A model generated the notes under the pieces. The model saw only the letters and a program-made list of their open reading frames with translations, searched no databases and was not told the origin of the DNA. The translations under genes and the position numbers were made by a program. From Acidobacteriota bacterium (GTDB taxonomy: Bacteria; Acidobacteriota; UBA6911; JACQSX01), in NCBI GenBank assembly GCA_036507075.1, contig DASXQR010000017.1:32001-96000 (forward strand): DNA of 64,000 bases. Direction: 5' to 3'. Numbering within the stretch: the first letter of the stretch is position 1; the number at the start of each line of letters is the position of its first letter. Positions 32,303 to 41,902 of the stretch are shown here, piece by piece.

Positions 32303-34423
32303 ATGCCGAATCCTAATTTAAAGCTGGACAACCAGGTTCAATTTCTTAAAGGCGTCGGTCCGCGGCGCGCCTCCGACTTGTCCCGGGAAGGCATCCTTAC
32401 CGTCGAAGATCTTTTGCTCTATCTCCCTTTCAGATACGAAGATCGCACCAGCTTCAGAAAAATCAGCTCCCTGCGCGACGGCGACTGGGCCGTGGTTTTT
32501 GGGCAGGTGGCGCTGGCGGGTGTTTACCGCACGCCGGTGAGAAAAATGAGCATTTTTGAGGCGGTAGTCCGCGACGACACCGGCACGCTCATTCTGAAAT
32601 ACTTCAACCAGCCCTTCATGCGAAACGTGATTCACAATGGAGACTGGCTGGTCGCCTATGGGCAGGTGCGCCGCGACCCCTTTAAATCCAGCTACCTGGC
32701 AATGCAAAAGCCGGAGGTGGAAATCATTGAGAATCCGGAGAGCAAGCAGGCGCACGCGGGGCGCATCACTCCCATTTACAGGAGGATCGGCTCGCTCACG
32801 GGGAAAGTAATCCGGCAGATTGTATGGGATTTGCTGGCACAGCTTGATGAGGAGCTCCCCCCTCTGGTGCCGCAGAAAGTCGCCGCAAAATGGAAAATGC
32901 CCGAAAGAACTGAAGCCGTAATGCGGCTGCACGCTCCTTTGGAAGAATACTCCCGACCCGAAAAACTGGGAGAACTGAACGAGTTCCGGTCCCCGTTCCA
33001 TTTCAGGCTGATCTTTGAGGAATTCTTTTTGTTCCAGACAGGCGTGATGATCGCGCGCGAACAAAAAAAGCAGCGGCTCAAAGGCCGCACGCTGCAGATC
33101 TCCGATTCGATCAGGGCCCGGCTCAAAACGATGCTCCCATTCCATCCCACCGAGGCGCAGAAGAAAACCCTGAAGCAGATCGTTGATGATCTGAAAGGCA
33201 GACATCCCATGAATCGCCTGCTGCAGGGAGATGTGGGAAGCGGCAAAACGATCGTCGCCGCTCAGACGGCGGTGATTGCCGTCGACAATGGATGGCAGGT
33301 GGCGATGATGGCCCCGACCGAGATTCTGGCAGAACAGCATTACCAGACATTCCGGCGACTGGTCGCGCCTCTCGGGGTTGAAACGGCCCTGCTTACATCG
33401 GCGGTCAGCAAGAAAGAGCGCACCGCGATTCTGAAATCGCTGGAGGCGGGTAAAGTGAGCCTGGTAATCGGGACTCACGCTTTGATTCAGGAAAAAGTGA
33501 ATTTTGCCAATCTCGGCTTGGCGATCATCGACGAGCAGCAACGGTTCGGGGTGATGCAAAGATCGGCTCTGATGGAGAAGGGAGAAAACGTCGACGTTCT
33601 GATCATGACCGCTACACCTATTCCCCGCTCGCTGGCCATGGTGCAATACGGGGACCTGGATGTTTCTGTGATCGACCAACTGCCGCCCGGACGGAAGCCC
33701 GTGCGCACGGTGCTGAAAGCCGAAACCAGCCGGGAGGAAGTTTACAACCTGATTTACCGGCAAGTCGCGGCCGGGAGGCAGGCGTACGTCGTGTATCCAC
33801 TGATTGAAGAGTCGGAGAAGATCGATTTGCGCGCCGTCAAGGCCATGGGAGAGGAATTGCGGCAGCGCTTCCGTAATTTTGAAGTCGGTGTCCTTCATGG
33901 CCGTATGAAACCGCCGGAGAAGGAGGAGCTGATGGAGAAATTCTCGACGGGAGAGGTACAGATCCTTGCAGCCACCACTGTGATCGAGGTCGGTATTGAT
34001 GTTCCCAACGCCAGCCTGATGGTCATCGAGCACGCAGAAAGATTCGGCCTGTCCCAGCTCCATCAACTGCGGGGGCGGGTGGGGCGTGACGCGAGGGAAT
34101 CCATTTGCGTGCTTCTCGTCGATCGTGTTGCCTCACAGGAGGCATGGGAGCGACTGCAAATCATGAAGGAAACGCAGGACGGATTCCTGATCGCGGAAAA
34201 AGACCTGGAAATCCGGGGGCCAGGAGAGTTCGCCGGGACGCGCCAGTCAGGCGTTCCTCTGTTTCGCCATGGCAACCTGGTGCGCGACCGGAAGATCATG
34301 GAGCTGGCGCGCGAAGAAGCGCGCTTGTTCCTGCAAGGATTGAGCGGCGCTGAAAGACAGCAATACATCGTGAACATGAGACAGGTCTGGAAGGACCGTT
34401 TTCATTTGAGCCGGGTGGGTTGA
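32303..34423 (+). CDS. recG: ATP-dependent DNA helicase RecG
   Basis: LKGVGP, MNRLLQGDVGSGKT, IIDEQQRFG, MTATPIPRSL, QLHQLRGRVGR, DLEIRGPGE. Confidence 0.97.
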   Translation: MPNPNLKLDNQVQFLKGVGPRRASDLSREGILTVEDLLLYLPFRYEDRTSFRKISSLRDGDWAVVFGQVALAGVYRTPVRKMSIFEAVVRDDTGTLILKYFNQPFMRNVIHNGDWLVAYGQVRRDPFKSSYLAMQKPEVEIIENPESKQAHAGRITPIYRRIGSLTGKVIRQIVWDLLAQLDEELPPLVPQKVAAKWKMPERTEAVMRLHAPLEEYSRPEKLGELNEFRSPFHFRLIFEEFFLFQTGVMIAREQKKQRLKGRTLQISDSIRARLKTMLPFHPTEAQKKTLKQIVDDLKGRHPMNRLLQGDVGSGKTIVAAQTAVIAVDNGWQVAMMAPTEILAEQHYQTFRRLVAPLGVETALLTSAVSKKERTAILKSLEAGKVSLVIGTHALIQEKVNFANLGLAIIDEQQRFGVMQRSALMEKGENVDVLIMTATPIPRSLAMVQYGDLDVSVIDQLPPGRKPVRTVLKAETSREEVYNLIYRQVAAGRQAYVVYPLIEESEKIDLRAVKAMGEELRQRFRNFEVGVLHGRMKPPEKEELMEKFSTGEVQILAATTVIEVGIDVPNASLMVIEHAERFGLSQLHQLRGRVGRDARESICVLLVDRVASQEAWERLQIMKETQDGFLIAEKDLEIRGPGEFAGTRQSGVPLFRHGNLVRDRKIMELAREEARLFLQGLSGAERQQYIVNMRQVWKDRFHLSRVG

Positions 34424-34996
34424 GTGCGCATCATCGCCGGCCGGTATCGAGGCAGGGTTCTTCAGTCCTTTCGCGGTCACGAGATTCGTCCCACCAGCGA
34501 TCGCCTGCGCGAATCGCTCTTCAATATTCTTCAGGCGCGCGTGGAAAGGGCTGCCGTGTGGGATGCATTCGCCGGGACGGGCGCTCTTGGCCTGGAAGCG
34601 CTCAGCCGTGGCGCTTCCCATGTGGTGTTTACGGAAAAGGATCGATCCGCCCTGAAAATATTGAAAAAGAATATTGAAATTCTGAACGCAGGCGACCTGG
34701 TGGAAGTGATTGAAGCGGATGCGGTCCGTTGGGCCAGATCCGCCGGGACTCATTTCGATCTGGTTTTTGTCGACCCCCCCTATGATTTCAAGTTGTATCT
34801 GGAGCTGGCCGACGCCATCCGCGACTCGGGTGTCTGCGGGCCGGAAAGTCTGGTGGTCATCGAGCACTCCAGGCGCTCACAGACGGCCAGCCGGCTGACG
34901 GAACAACTCACGCCCTACCGCCAGGTGCGGCAGGGAGACACCGTTATTTCGTTTTTCGCGGGATCGGAGTTCAGCCCTCCGCCGCAGCCGAAGTGA
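34424..34996 (+). CDS. rsmD: 16S rRNA (guanine(966)-N2)-methyltransferase
   Basis: MRIIAG, RPTSDRLRESLFNIL, FAGTGALGLEALSRGA, DPPY. Confidence 0.95.
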   Translation: MRIIAGRYRGRVLQSFRGHEIRPTSDRLRESLFNILQARVERAAVWDAFAGTGALGLEALSRGASHVVFTEKDRSALKILKKNIEILNAGDLVEVIEADAVRWARSAGTHFDLVFVDPPYDFKLYLELADAIRDSGVCGPESLVVIEHSRRSQTASRLTEQLTPYRQVRQGDTVISFFAGSEFSPPPQPK

Positions 34997-35534
34997 CCTG
35001 CAGCCGGGCGATATAGGGCAGGTTACCGTAGCGATCGCGATAATCCAGCCCGTATCCCACCACGTAATCTTCGCCGACGGTGAATCCTCTATATTCCACG
35101 GGAACATCGATAATGCGGATCGATCGCCTGTCAAGGAGCGCGCAAACAGCCAGCTCGCCCGGATGGCGCGCTTTCAGGTTCTTAAGCAGGTAGTTGGTTG
35201 TGAAGCCGGTGTCCACGATATCCTGAACCATCAGAATGCTCTTGCCGCTGATGTCCTGATCGATATCTTTCAGAATCCGAACCCCTCTGGCGGGTTGTTC
35301 CTTCTTGAATCGTGTGATGGCCAGGAAGTCTACCTGCACCGGCAGGTCGATGTTTCGAATCAAGTCGCACGCAAAAACAGTCGCGTTCTTCAAAACCGCA
35401 ATCACGAGCGGCGGGTCGTTTCGGTAGGCCAGTGTAATTTCATTTCCCAACTCGGCCACCCTGCGCCCGAGCGCCTCGGCTGAGAAGAGAACTTCGCCGA
35501 CTTCAGATTCCGAGTTTGAGCAGGAGGCTTTCAA
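34971..35534 (-). CDS. hpt: Hypoxanthine phosphoribosyltransferase
   Basis: ILMVQDIVDTGFT PRPP loop, LLDR, YVVGYGLDYRDRYGNLPYI; start uncertain (TTG overlapping the upstream ORF). Confidence 0.85.
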   Translation of the reverse strand: MKASCSNSESEVGEVLFSAEALGRRVAELGNEITLAYRNDPPLVIAVLKNATVFACDLIRNIDLPVQVDFLAITRFKKEQPARGVRILKDIDQDISGKSILMVQDIVDTGFTTNYLLKNLKARHPGELAVCALLDRRSIRIIDVPVEYRGFTVGEDYVVGYGLDYRDRYGNLPYIARLQVTSAAAEG

Positions 35535-35868
35535 AATTCCTTTTATAGATGATAACCAGGCTGACTTCGGGGTAAGTTTGTCGAAAGAGGCGGATCTTCC
35601 GATTTTTCCGCGTGACGAGCCTCTGCTTCAAAGTCGTAACTTCAACATAGACGTCGTATTCGGGGAGATAAAAATCGGGAGTGAAACTCTCGGTAACGAT
35701 GCCCGAGCCGTTGCGCCTGAGGGGGAAGCAGACAGCCTCATAGAGCCACGTTATTCCATAGAAGGTCAGAAGATCGGCAAAATCACTTTCGCTGGTGTGA
35801 GCAAAGGGTAGCGAGCAGTGCGCTGAATCCTGGGGAAAGTCTTGAAGGGCTTCGAGTTTGGTTTCCAA
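35503..35868 (-). CDS. Small PD-(D/E)XK-like nuclease-fold protein
   Basis: SESDFADLL..WLYE..FTPDFYLPEYDVYVEVTT motif order typical of restriction-endonuclease-like folds. Confidence 0.6.
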   Translation of the reverse strand: METKLEALQDFPQDSAHCSLPFAHTSESDFADLLTFYGITWLYEAVCFPLRRNGSGIVTESFTPDFYLPEYDVYVEVTTLKQRLVTRKNRKIRLFRQTYPEVSLVIIYKRNFESLLLKLGI

Positions 35869-36065
35869 TACCTCGTCCTTGTTGGGATTGTAGGGACTGA
35901 CCGGGATGGTGTCAAGGCGGAATGCGGAGCCAGAGAGAAAGCGGCAGAACCGCTGCTATCTCTGCACGAGTTCTGAGACAGCCTCGCTTTGTTTTCCGCG
36001 CCCTACTCCTCCCCTTTTCTGCGACGGATTCCTGCCAGCAGTTCGAGAATCGCTGCCGCGACCGC

Positions 36066-36288
36066 ATGGGGCTGGCTACCGGCGATTAGATGATCGCTGC
36101 CGGGGACAATTTGCCATGTACCTCGCGTGGAGCGCCGAGACAGGCGCTACTGGAGATCGCGCCACTCGGGACCGTGCGCTGCGGCGTACGAATCCCAACC
36201 GGGAGGAAGTAACCCCGCTGGTCTATCGTGACTCAGAACGACCAGGGGTACATCGGCTCTGCGGTGAACATAATGTAGCCGTCTCCAT
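36066..36288 (+). ncRNA. Candidate structured non-coding RNA of unknown family (~220 nt)
   Basis: Terminal helix 36066-36079/36275-36288, long-range GCCATGTACCTC/GGGGTACATCGGC helix, several internal hairpins; G-U wobbles favour the + strand. Confidence 0.55.
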
Positions 36289-36345
36289 TCTGTTCCGATT
36301 CGGGCAACACGCTCTTCGGCGCGCGGCTCTGACTGTGACTCTCCT

Positions 36346-38862
36346 TCACTCTCCGGCTCCTCGCGCTCTCTCTTCCGCCTTCCGCCTTCTTCTCCGTGTG
36401 TAAGCCAATCGCCCGCTGACTATTGCCAGCGGCACGATCAGGCTCAAAAAGTCGCCGGCCATGCGGTGCATCTGAGAGGCATGAGCGTAGTGCGGTGCGA
36501 TCAGCACATAGGGTCCCCAAAAATAAGGGCTCGCCATGGAAACAACATGCGTCTGGACCGGATAGGATTTCGCTCGAAATTTCAGGCGGGCCCTTCGAAA
36601 ATTCGCGGCAAGCTCTGATTCAACCAGCGGAAGACGGTAAAAATCCGCCAGGATCAGGCTCGAGTGCTGGTCAATCGGCCAGAGCGTCGCGATGATCTGT
36701 CGCGCGCCCGCCGTTTGAAAAGCAGCGGACAGCCCAAGCAGGCCGTTTCCGTAGCCGGAAACTTCCCCTGCCGACTCGCAGGAGCTGAGAACGACCAGGC
36801 GGTAGGAGAGCGACGTGTGCGCGATCTGGCGCGCAGTAACCGGTTCGCCGCCGGCAAGCATCGAGAGCGCGGGAAAAGTCTGGTTCAGAAGCGAGTGTCC
36901 TGCGTAATGCAGCGTATCCCGATTCATGGTCCTGGCTTCCTCCCAGTTGCGGGCGATCTTTGTGTCGGCCGGCAAAAAGGAACGGTCCGAATTGGATTCT
37001 TCCATCCAGGCGGTAAAAGTTTTCAGGGAATCTTCAGTGCCCGGAGGAAATCTCAGCGTTGACCAGTAACGAATGGAAGCCCGATCCAACAGCGCCTGAC
37101 CTCCACCTGATTCAAGGATTTCGAATGGAATAGCGTGTAACTGCCCGTCTGGAAGTAATGTCCAACAGTCCGTATTGTCGAGATGTCTCTCCAGAGGTCG
37201 TATCAGGATGTCGAAAAGCTGCCGCGAGGCATGCCGGTTGTAATTGGGTGCCAGCAGGTTGGAGGTCGCAACCATCGAGCCGAGTAGCGTGTCTATAAGA
37301 GGCAGACACTTCTCCGGAGGACACGAAAGAGGAACAAAGTCGATTCTGTTGCGACGGATAATCCACGCCATTAGCTGTTCGCGTGTGAAACAAAAATCGA
37401 TTACCGCGCACGAAGGGCCCAGAGTCTGCTGCAGCGCGGCGATATCGACTTGCTTATCGCGCCGTGTATGACTCCTAGCCATCTCCCAGACCAGTAAAGC
37501 GGAATGCCAACGGTTCTGTCGAATCAGGCTTACGGTCCATAGACGAGCCACTTCCAGCAGGCGGCTGGTAAAATTGAATTCAAAGTCGGCAATGCTGCTT
37601 TCGCCGGCGAGCAGATTAAAAGCATTTCGAGCCGATATTGCAGCAGCCGGGTAGTTTCCTTCCGCCAGTTGGATCCGTGCCAGCAAATGCTGCATGCGCC
37701 AACGACCCGGATCGCCCGCCGGCAACCTGGATTCGAGCTGGCGCAGCAGATTCGAAGCCTCTGAGGCTGAATCAAGCGACATCAGGCGATCGCACACGGC
37801 GTCGGAGACGAATTCCGGATTGTTCACCAGCAGCGCCTGCCTCAGGGCGATCTGCGACAAATGAGCCGCCTGGCGATCCTGATGCAGGGCGCGAAAATAA
37901 TGCTGCCGCAATGTGAGCCTCTGAAAGTAGGCGTTCGAACCGGCTGGCAACCGGCGATCCAGAAGTTCACCGGCCTCCCCGGCCCTGTTGAGCATCAGCA
38001 GACATTCGGCGACGTTGTTTTGGACAATGGGAAAGTTAACGTGGTGTTTCGGAAGTGTCGCCAGGCAGCGCCGATAGAATGTGAGGGCGGCCTGAAGGTT
38101 TCCGCATTCCTTGTGCAGCTCAGCCAGGTTGTTTGCTTCCGTGGCTACGCCTTCGGAATAACCGATTGCAGAATGGAGCTCGAGCGCCGCCTGGTAATGC
38201 TTGAGCGCCTGATAGAAAAGACCTTGCTTCTGAGCTACTGCTCCCAGGTTCTCCTGAATCATTCCGTCCAGGTGGGTGGGCTTCCCCGGAGTTCTCAATT
38301 CCCAACTTCGCAAGAGGTATTTTCTGGCCTCCTGCAGTCGAGCCTGGTCGACCAGCGTGTAGCCGATCAGAAAGAGAAGATGATGCTGTTGCCAGCGTAG
38401 TGCATAGCTTTGCGCCGCTTCCAGAGCCTCCCGGAAATGCTTTTGCGCCGCCGCCAGATTGCCCGTTGACAGGTCACGCCAGCCCTGCTCTTTGTGTGAA
38501 TAAACAAGGGCCAGCGCATCGGGATCTTCGGCCTCGATCCGATGCAGGCTCTGATTCTTCAGGCGAGGCTGCAATGCCCTGACGGCATTACGGCAGATCT
38601 CAGTCGAGCCGGATTGCGTAACCAAAAATCTCTCGAAGGCCTTGCAGGCTTCGTTCTGATTCGCAAGAAAAATCCTTTCTGCCCGGCTGATATGCGAGAC
38701 TTTCAGAGCGCGAATAAAGCTTGCCCCTTCGTCGGCCAAAGCGCTGGAGCCGGCCAGGAGGACGCACGTGATGCACAACAATGGGCTGAGGGTCCGCTTG
38801 CTGACGCGCGCGGCTTGGTTAAAGATTTCACGCATGGCAGGCAGCCGCCTGAAACGAGTCAC
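36346..38862 (-). CDS. TPR + CHAT (caspase-like) domain protein with N-terminal signal and C-terminal TM anchor
   Basis: TPR helices; LLPDGQLHAIPFE, LHYAGHS (His), VVLSSCES (Cys), ATLWPID, PYFWGPY. Confidence 0.85.
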   Translation of the reverse strand: MTRFRRLPAMREIFNQAARVSKRTLSPLLCITCVLLAGSSALADEGASFIRALKVSHISRAERIFLANQNEACKAFERFLVTQSGSTEICRNAVRALQPRLKNQSLHRIEAEDPDALALVYSHKEQGWRDLSTGNLAAAQKHFREALEAAQSYALRWQQHHLLFLIGYTLVDQARLQEARKYLLRSWELRTPGKPTHLDGMIQENLGAVAQKQGLFYQALKHYQAALELHSAIGYSEGVATEANNLAELHKECGNLQAALTFYRRCLATLPKHHVNFPIVQNNVAECLLMLNRAGEAGELLDRRLPAGSNAYFQRLTLRQHYFRALHQDRQAAHLSQIALRQALLVNNPEFVSDAVCDRLMSLDSASEASNLLRQLESRLPAGDPGRWRMQHLLARIQLAEGNYPAAAISARNAFNLLAGESSIADFEFNFTSRLLEVARLWTVSLIRQNRWHSALLVWEMARSHTRRDKQVDIAALQQTLGPSCAVIDFCFTREQLMAWIIRRNRIDFVPLSCPPEKCLPLIDTLLGSMVATSNLLAPNYNRHASRQLFDILIRPLERHLDNTDCWTLLPDGQLHAIPFEILESGGGQALLDRASIRYWSTLRFPPGTEDSLKTFTAWMEESNSDRSFLPADTKIARNWEEARTMNRDTLHYAGHSLLNQTFPALSMLAGGEPVTARQIAHTSLSYRLVVLSSCESAGEVSGYGNGLLGLSAAFQTAGARQIIATLWPIDQHSSLILADFYRLPLVESELAANFRRARLKFRAKSYPVQTHVVSMASPYFWGPYVLIAPHYAHASQMHRMAGDFLSLIVPLAIVSGRLAYTRRRRRKAEERARGAGE

Positions 38863-39548
38863 CGTCTTATTCTCCGCAGGAGGGACTTGGCTTGATCAGT
38901 GAACTCACCCGAACCGCCAGCCAGCTTCTCCAAGACGGCTTTTGCCCCATTTCGGTCTCCTTGTTTGAGCCGGCCATTTGCAAGGTACCACTGGACTCTG
39001 TCGTCGCCCGGATTGCGGGTGGCAAGCTGTGTAAGGATGCGCTCGGATTCTGAGTATTTTCCCAGCACGTACTCGACATTGGCCAGGTAAAAGGCGGCAT
39101 CGTAATTGAGAGGATCCGCGGCCAGATACCGCTGGAATTTGCTTTCGGCCAGGGGCCAGTTTCGGTTCGAATATGCCCGCATGGCCTCGAGAAACTCGCT
39201 GCTCACCCGGGACGTTCTCAATTCCGGAGGAACCAAGGGATATGGAGTGTTAACGGCAAGCTGGCGAGGACTCGGTGCCCTTAGACCCACCCAAAATCCC
39301 AGCAGCACCATAAACACGATGGCCGCTGCGATTGGCCAGACGAGCGCATGCGGCCTGGAATGTTTCTTCAGCCGCTGCAATTCCGTTCGGTTTTGCCGGA
39401 TTTCCATCAACAGGAGCAACCGCTCGTGACAGTCGGGGCACTGTTCCAGGTGCCCGGCTACAGCCGCCGTGTGGTCAGGGTCCAGGTCAGAATTTAAGAA
39501 TCCGGTCAGGTCTGCGTCTTCACATTTCATACTTACATAACTTCCCAA
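38859..39548 (-). CDS. Zinc-finger (zf-HC2) anti-sigma factor with TM helix and periplasmic TPR
   Basis: HLEQCPDC; TM LVWPIAAAIVFMVLLGFWV; TPR motifs. Confidence 0.8.
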   Translation of the reverse strand: MGSYVSMKCEDADLTGFLNSDLDPDHTAAVAGHLEQCPDCHERLLLLMEIRQNRTELQRLKKHSRPHALVWPIAAAIVFMVLLGFWVGLRAPSPRQLAVNTPYPLVPPELRTSRVSSEFLEAMRAYSNRNWPLAESKFQRYLAADPLNYDAAFYLANVEYVLGKYSESERILTQLATRNPGDDRVQWYLANGRLKQGDRNGAKAVLEKLAGGSGEFTDQAKSLLRRIRR

Positions 39549-40093
39549 AGGTTCTTTTTGCGAAGATTTTTTCTAATTTTATCTAACCCATTGTTAAGAC
39601 GGCTCTTAAGAGTAGACGACGGCACTCCCGTCGACTGGCTGAGCGCCGCCAGCGTGGGTGGTGACTCACTCAGGACCAGAGCATCAATTACCAGGCGCTG
39701 CTCCGGGGGCAGGCTTTCAATCTCACGCATGATTTCCTGCAGGCGACGACTCTTCAGGCTTTCCTCTTCCGACCGCACCACCTGCCGAAGCGGTGAGGAT
39801 GAACCCAGTTCGGACACTCGGTCCGCCATCTGAAGGTCCTGATCCTGCAGTTGCCGGCGCCTGCGATGGTAGTGGTCGATGGAAACATTCGTGACCACCT
39901 TCTTAAGATAGAGCAGGGCTTCCTCGGGTGTGCTGATCAGGGTTTTGGATTTAAGGGCGCGAACAAAAGCTTCCTGTGTAACTTCATCCACATAGTCGGT
40001 GTGGCGGAGAATCGCGTAGGCGATGTGTCGGAACAACCGCAGGTGGGATGTCCAGAGATCTTCCAGCAGGCCGGGATCCATATCCGCTCTCAA
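39533..40093 (-). CDS. ECF RNA polymerase sigma-70 factor
   Basis: DEVTQEAFVRA, YLKKVVTNVSIDHYHRR, LPPEQR, TGVPSSTLKSRL. Confidence 0.85.
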   Translation of the reverse strand: MRADMDPGLLEDLWTSHLRLFRHIAYAILRHTDYVDEVTQEAFVRALKSKTLISTPEEALLYLKKVVTNVSIDHYHRRRRQLQDQDLQMADRVSELGSSSPLRQVVRSEEESLKSRRLQEIMREIESLPPEQRLVIDALVLSESPPTLAALSQSTGVPSSTLKSRLNNGLDKIRKNLRKKNLWEVM

Positions 40094-40206
40094 ATGTGGA
40101 TTTCGGAATGCGGAATGCGGAATGTATCCAGGTCAAATTCTCAAAGCTGAAACCCAATCACTCCCTATTCCACATTCCGCATTCCACATTCCGCATTCCG
40201 CATTTG
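40091..40206. repeat. Inverted heptamer repeats ATGCGGA / TTCCGCA
   Basis: Same family, opposite orientation, at 47943-48099. Confidence 0.85.
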
Positions 40207-40254
40207 GACATACGGCTAGAAAAATCGAAAAACCGCGAAGTTAAGGCCCTGCAA

Positions 40255-40620
40255 TTAAGGTCCGGGCTTTGACCGGCCCCTCTGGTTATCAATCTTATGC
40301 GTCTGTTCGATGAATCTGAGTAGTAAATGCTTGTGTTCCGGCGTCAAACCCTTCCACAAAAGAACGACCTTCTTCAATTCTTTATCCAGCCTGGGGGGAA
40401 TGATTTCGAATTCCGCCTGAGGGACGGGAAAAAAGTCTCGAACGCCGACTTCCAGAGCTTCAGCCAGCTTCAGCATGGTGGCAAGTGTCGGGCTGGTATG
40501 ATCATTTTCGACGCGCGAAATATAGTAGACGTCCGTCTTCATTCGCTGGGCAATCTGCTTTTGGGTGAATTTCTTTTCTTCGCGAATTTCCCGGACACGC
40601 TCGCCGAAACTCTTCGGCAT
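40255..40620 (-). CDS. XRE-family helix-turn-helix transcriptional regulator
   Basis: FGERVREIREEKKFTQKQIA..YISRVEN..PTLATMLKLAEALEV. Confidence 0.9.
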   Translation of the reverse strand: MPKSFGERVREIREEKKFTQKQIAQRMKTDVYYISRVENDHTSPTLATMLKLAEALEVGVRDFFPVPQAEFEIIPPRLDKELKKVVLLWKGLTPEHKHLLLRFIEQTHKIDNQRGRSKPGP

Positions 40621-40727
40621 TTCTCCGCTCCTTTGGGGAAAACATGGAAAATCGTCGGACCGAAGGGTGCTTGAAAAAAAATCTAAAATTTCGTCGCAAA
40701 TTTTGATTGCGCTCAGTTATATAGTGC

Positions 40728-40967
40728 GTGGACCCAGAAATCAACAAGCTAAAGAGTGAAGTGGCGGTGCTGCTCGCCTTCAATCGAACACGTCTGGACA
40801 AGACTCGCTGGGCTTCAATTCAGCAACTGCTGCACGACTCGGTAAACCGCAACGGGCCCCCGCCCGGGCTGCACGGAAAGCTTCTGAGAGAACGTGATTA
40901 TTTGCAGGAGATTATTGAAGAGGCCCGTAGAAGGGAAGCTGCTATAATGTCGCGGCGATTGTTATGA
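40728..40967 (+). CDS. Small hypothetical protein
   Basis: 79 aa helical ORF coupled (ATGA overlap) to coaD. Confidence 0.45.
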   Translation: MDPEINKLKSEVAVLLAFNRTRLDKTRWASIQQLLHDSVNRNGPPPGLHGKLLRERDYLQEIIEEARRREAAIMSRRLL

Positions 40968-41476
40968 ACCTGTCCCGCGGCGTCATCGCCATCTATCCGG
41001 GCTCCTTTGATCCCATCACGAACGGCCACCTCGATATCGTGGAGCGTTGTGCGGCGCTGTTTGAGGAAGTAATCGTCGCCATCCTGGGAAACCCGGAGAA
41101 GAATCCGTTGTTTACCATGCAGGAACGAGTCGAGATGCTCCGGAACGTAACCAGCGCCTGGAAAAATGTTTCTGTGGACACTTTTGACGGCCTGCTGGTC
41201 GATTACGCGCGCCGGAAGGGCGCCCGGGTGATCATCCGAGGCATCCGCGCTGTTTCCGATTATGAGTATGAACTGCAGATGGCTTTGATGAACCGCCGTC
41301 TGGATGACAGAATTGAAACCGTCTTTCTGATGCCCGCCGAATCCTATTCGTACCTCAGTTCCCGCCTGGTGAAAGAGGTCTTCCTGCTGGGCGGAAATGT
41401 GAGCGGCCTGGTTCCCCCCCTGGTCGAAGCCGCACTGGCCCAGAAAATCAAGCGCCCGGCGGCAGCCAGACGATAG
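40964..41476 (+). CDS. coaD: Phosphopantetheine adenylyltransferase
   Basis: [35 protein letters not shown]. Confidence 0.97.
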   Translation: MNLSRGVIAIYPGSFDPITNGHLDIVERCAALFEEVIVAILGNPEKNPLFTMQERVEMLRNVTSAWKNVSVDTFDGLLVDYARRKGARVIIRGIRAVSDYEYELQMALMNRRLDDRIETVFLMPAESYSYLSSRLVKEVFLLGGNVSGLVPPLVEAALAQKIKRPAAARR

Positions 41477-41495
41477 AAATTCAGGACTTGCCGCC

Positions 41496-41664
41496 TAAGA
41501 ATCTTCACCACAGAGACACGGGGAACACAGAGACGGACGAGGGCAGGCAGTGTCCGCCCAGGTCCAATAACGTGTGCCACAACTCAGTTTGCGAGACTAA
41601 ACGGACCCTGCCTGCCCCTCGTCCGTCTCTGTGTTCCCTGTATCTCTGTGGTGAAAAATTCTTA
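41496..41664. repeat. Long imperfect inverted repeat (CACCACAGAG..CTCTGTGGTG family)
   Basis: About 55-bp arms around a 57-bp spacer. Confidence 0.85.
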
Positions 41665-41902
41665 CGCGGATTTATGCCTTAGTCAGATTTGGGTAGCCAA
41701 GTAATCTCATTCATTTCGTGTTTTCGAACCTTATTGCATTTACTTCCGTCTTATTCTCACTCGGCCTTAAAGGGCTGGAAGAGTTTGTGAGAAGCTCCTT
41801 TTTTCACTTTTTGCTTTTCAGATCACAGTCGGTGTGTGTTAGAGTTCTTGCCAGTTTTTTGAACCTCCTCCTTTTTTTGCTGCTTCATCCATCGGAGGCA
41901 GA

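Noticed and set aside
32318..34066. 582-aa minus-strand ORF (also 21563-22492 +, 9783-10709 +, 2380-3204 +, 3328-4164 +, 12716-13498 +)
   Set aside because: Antisense shadows of well-supported genes in GC-rich DNA, with no recognisable motifs.
36066..36288. Identification of the structured RNA as tmRNA, RNase P RNA, SRP RNA, 6S or tRNA-Sec
   Set aside because: It lacks the tRNA-like T-loop/CCA end, GAGGAAAGUCC and ACAGAA..CGGC, and CAGGUCCGGAAGGAAGCAG motifs, and is multibranched rather than rod-like.
35906..36403. 165-aa ORF across the candidate ncRNA
   Set aside because: Arg/Pro-rich with no motifs, and it overlaps the 3' end of the CHAT gene.
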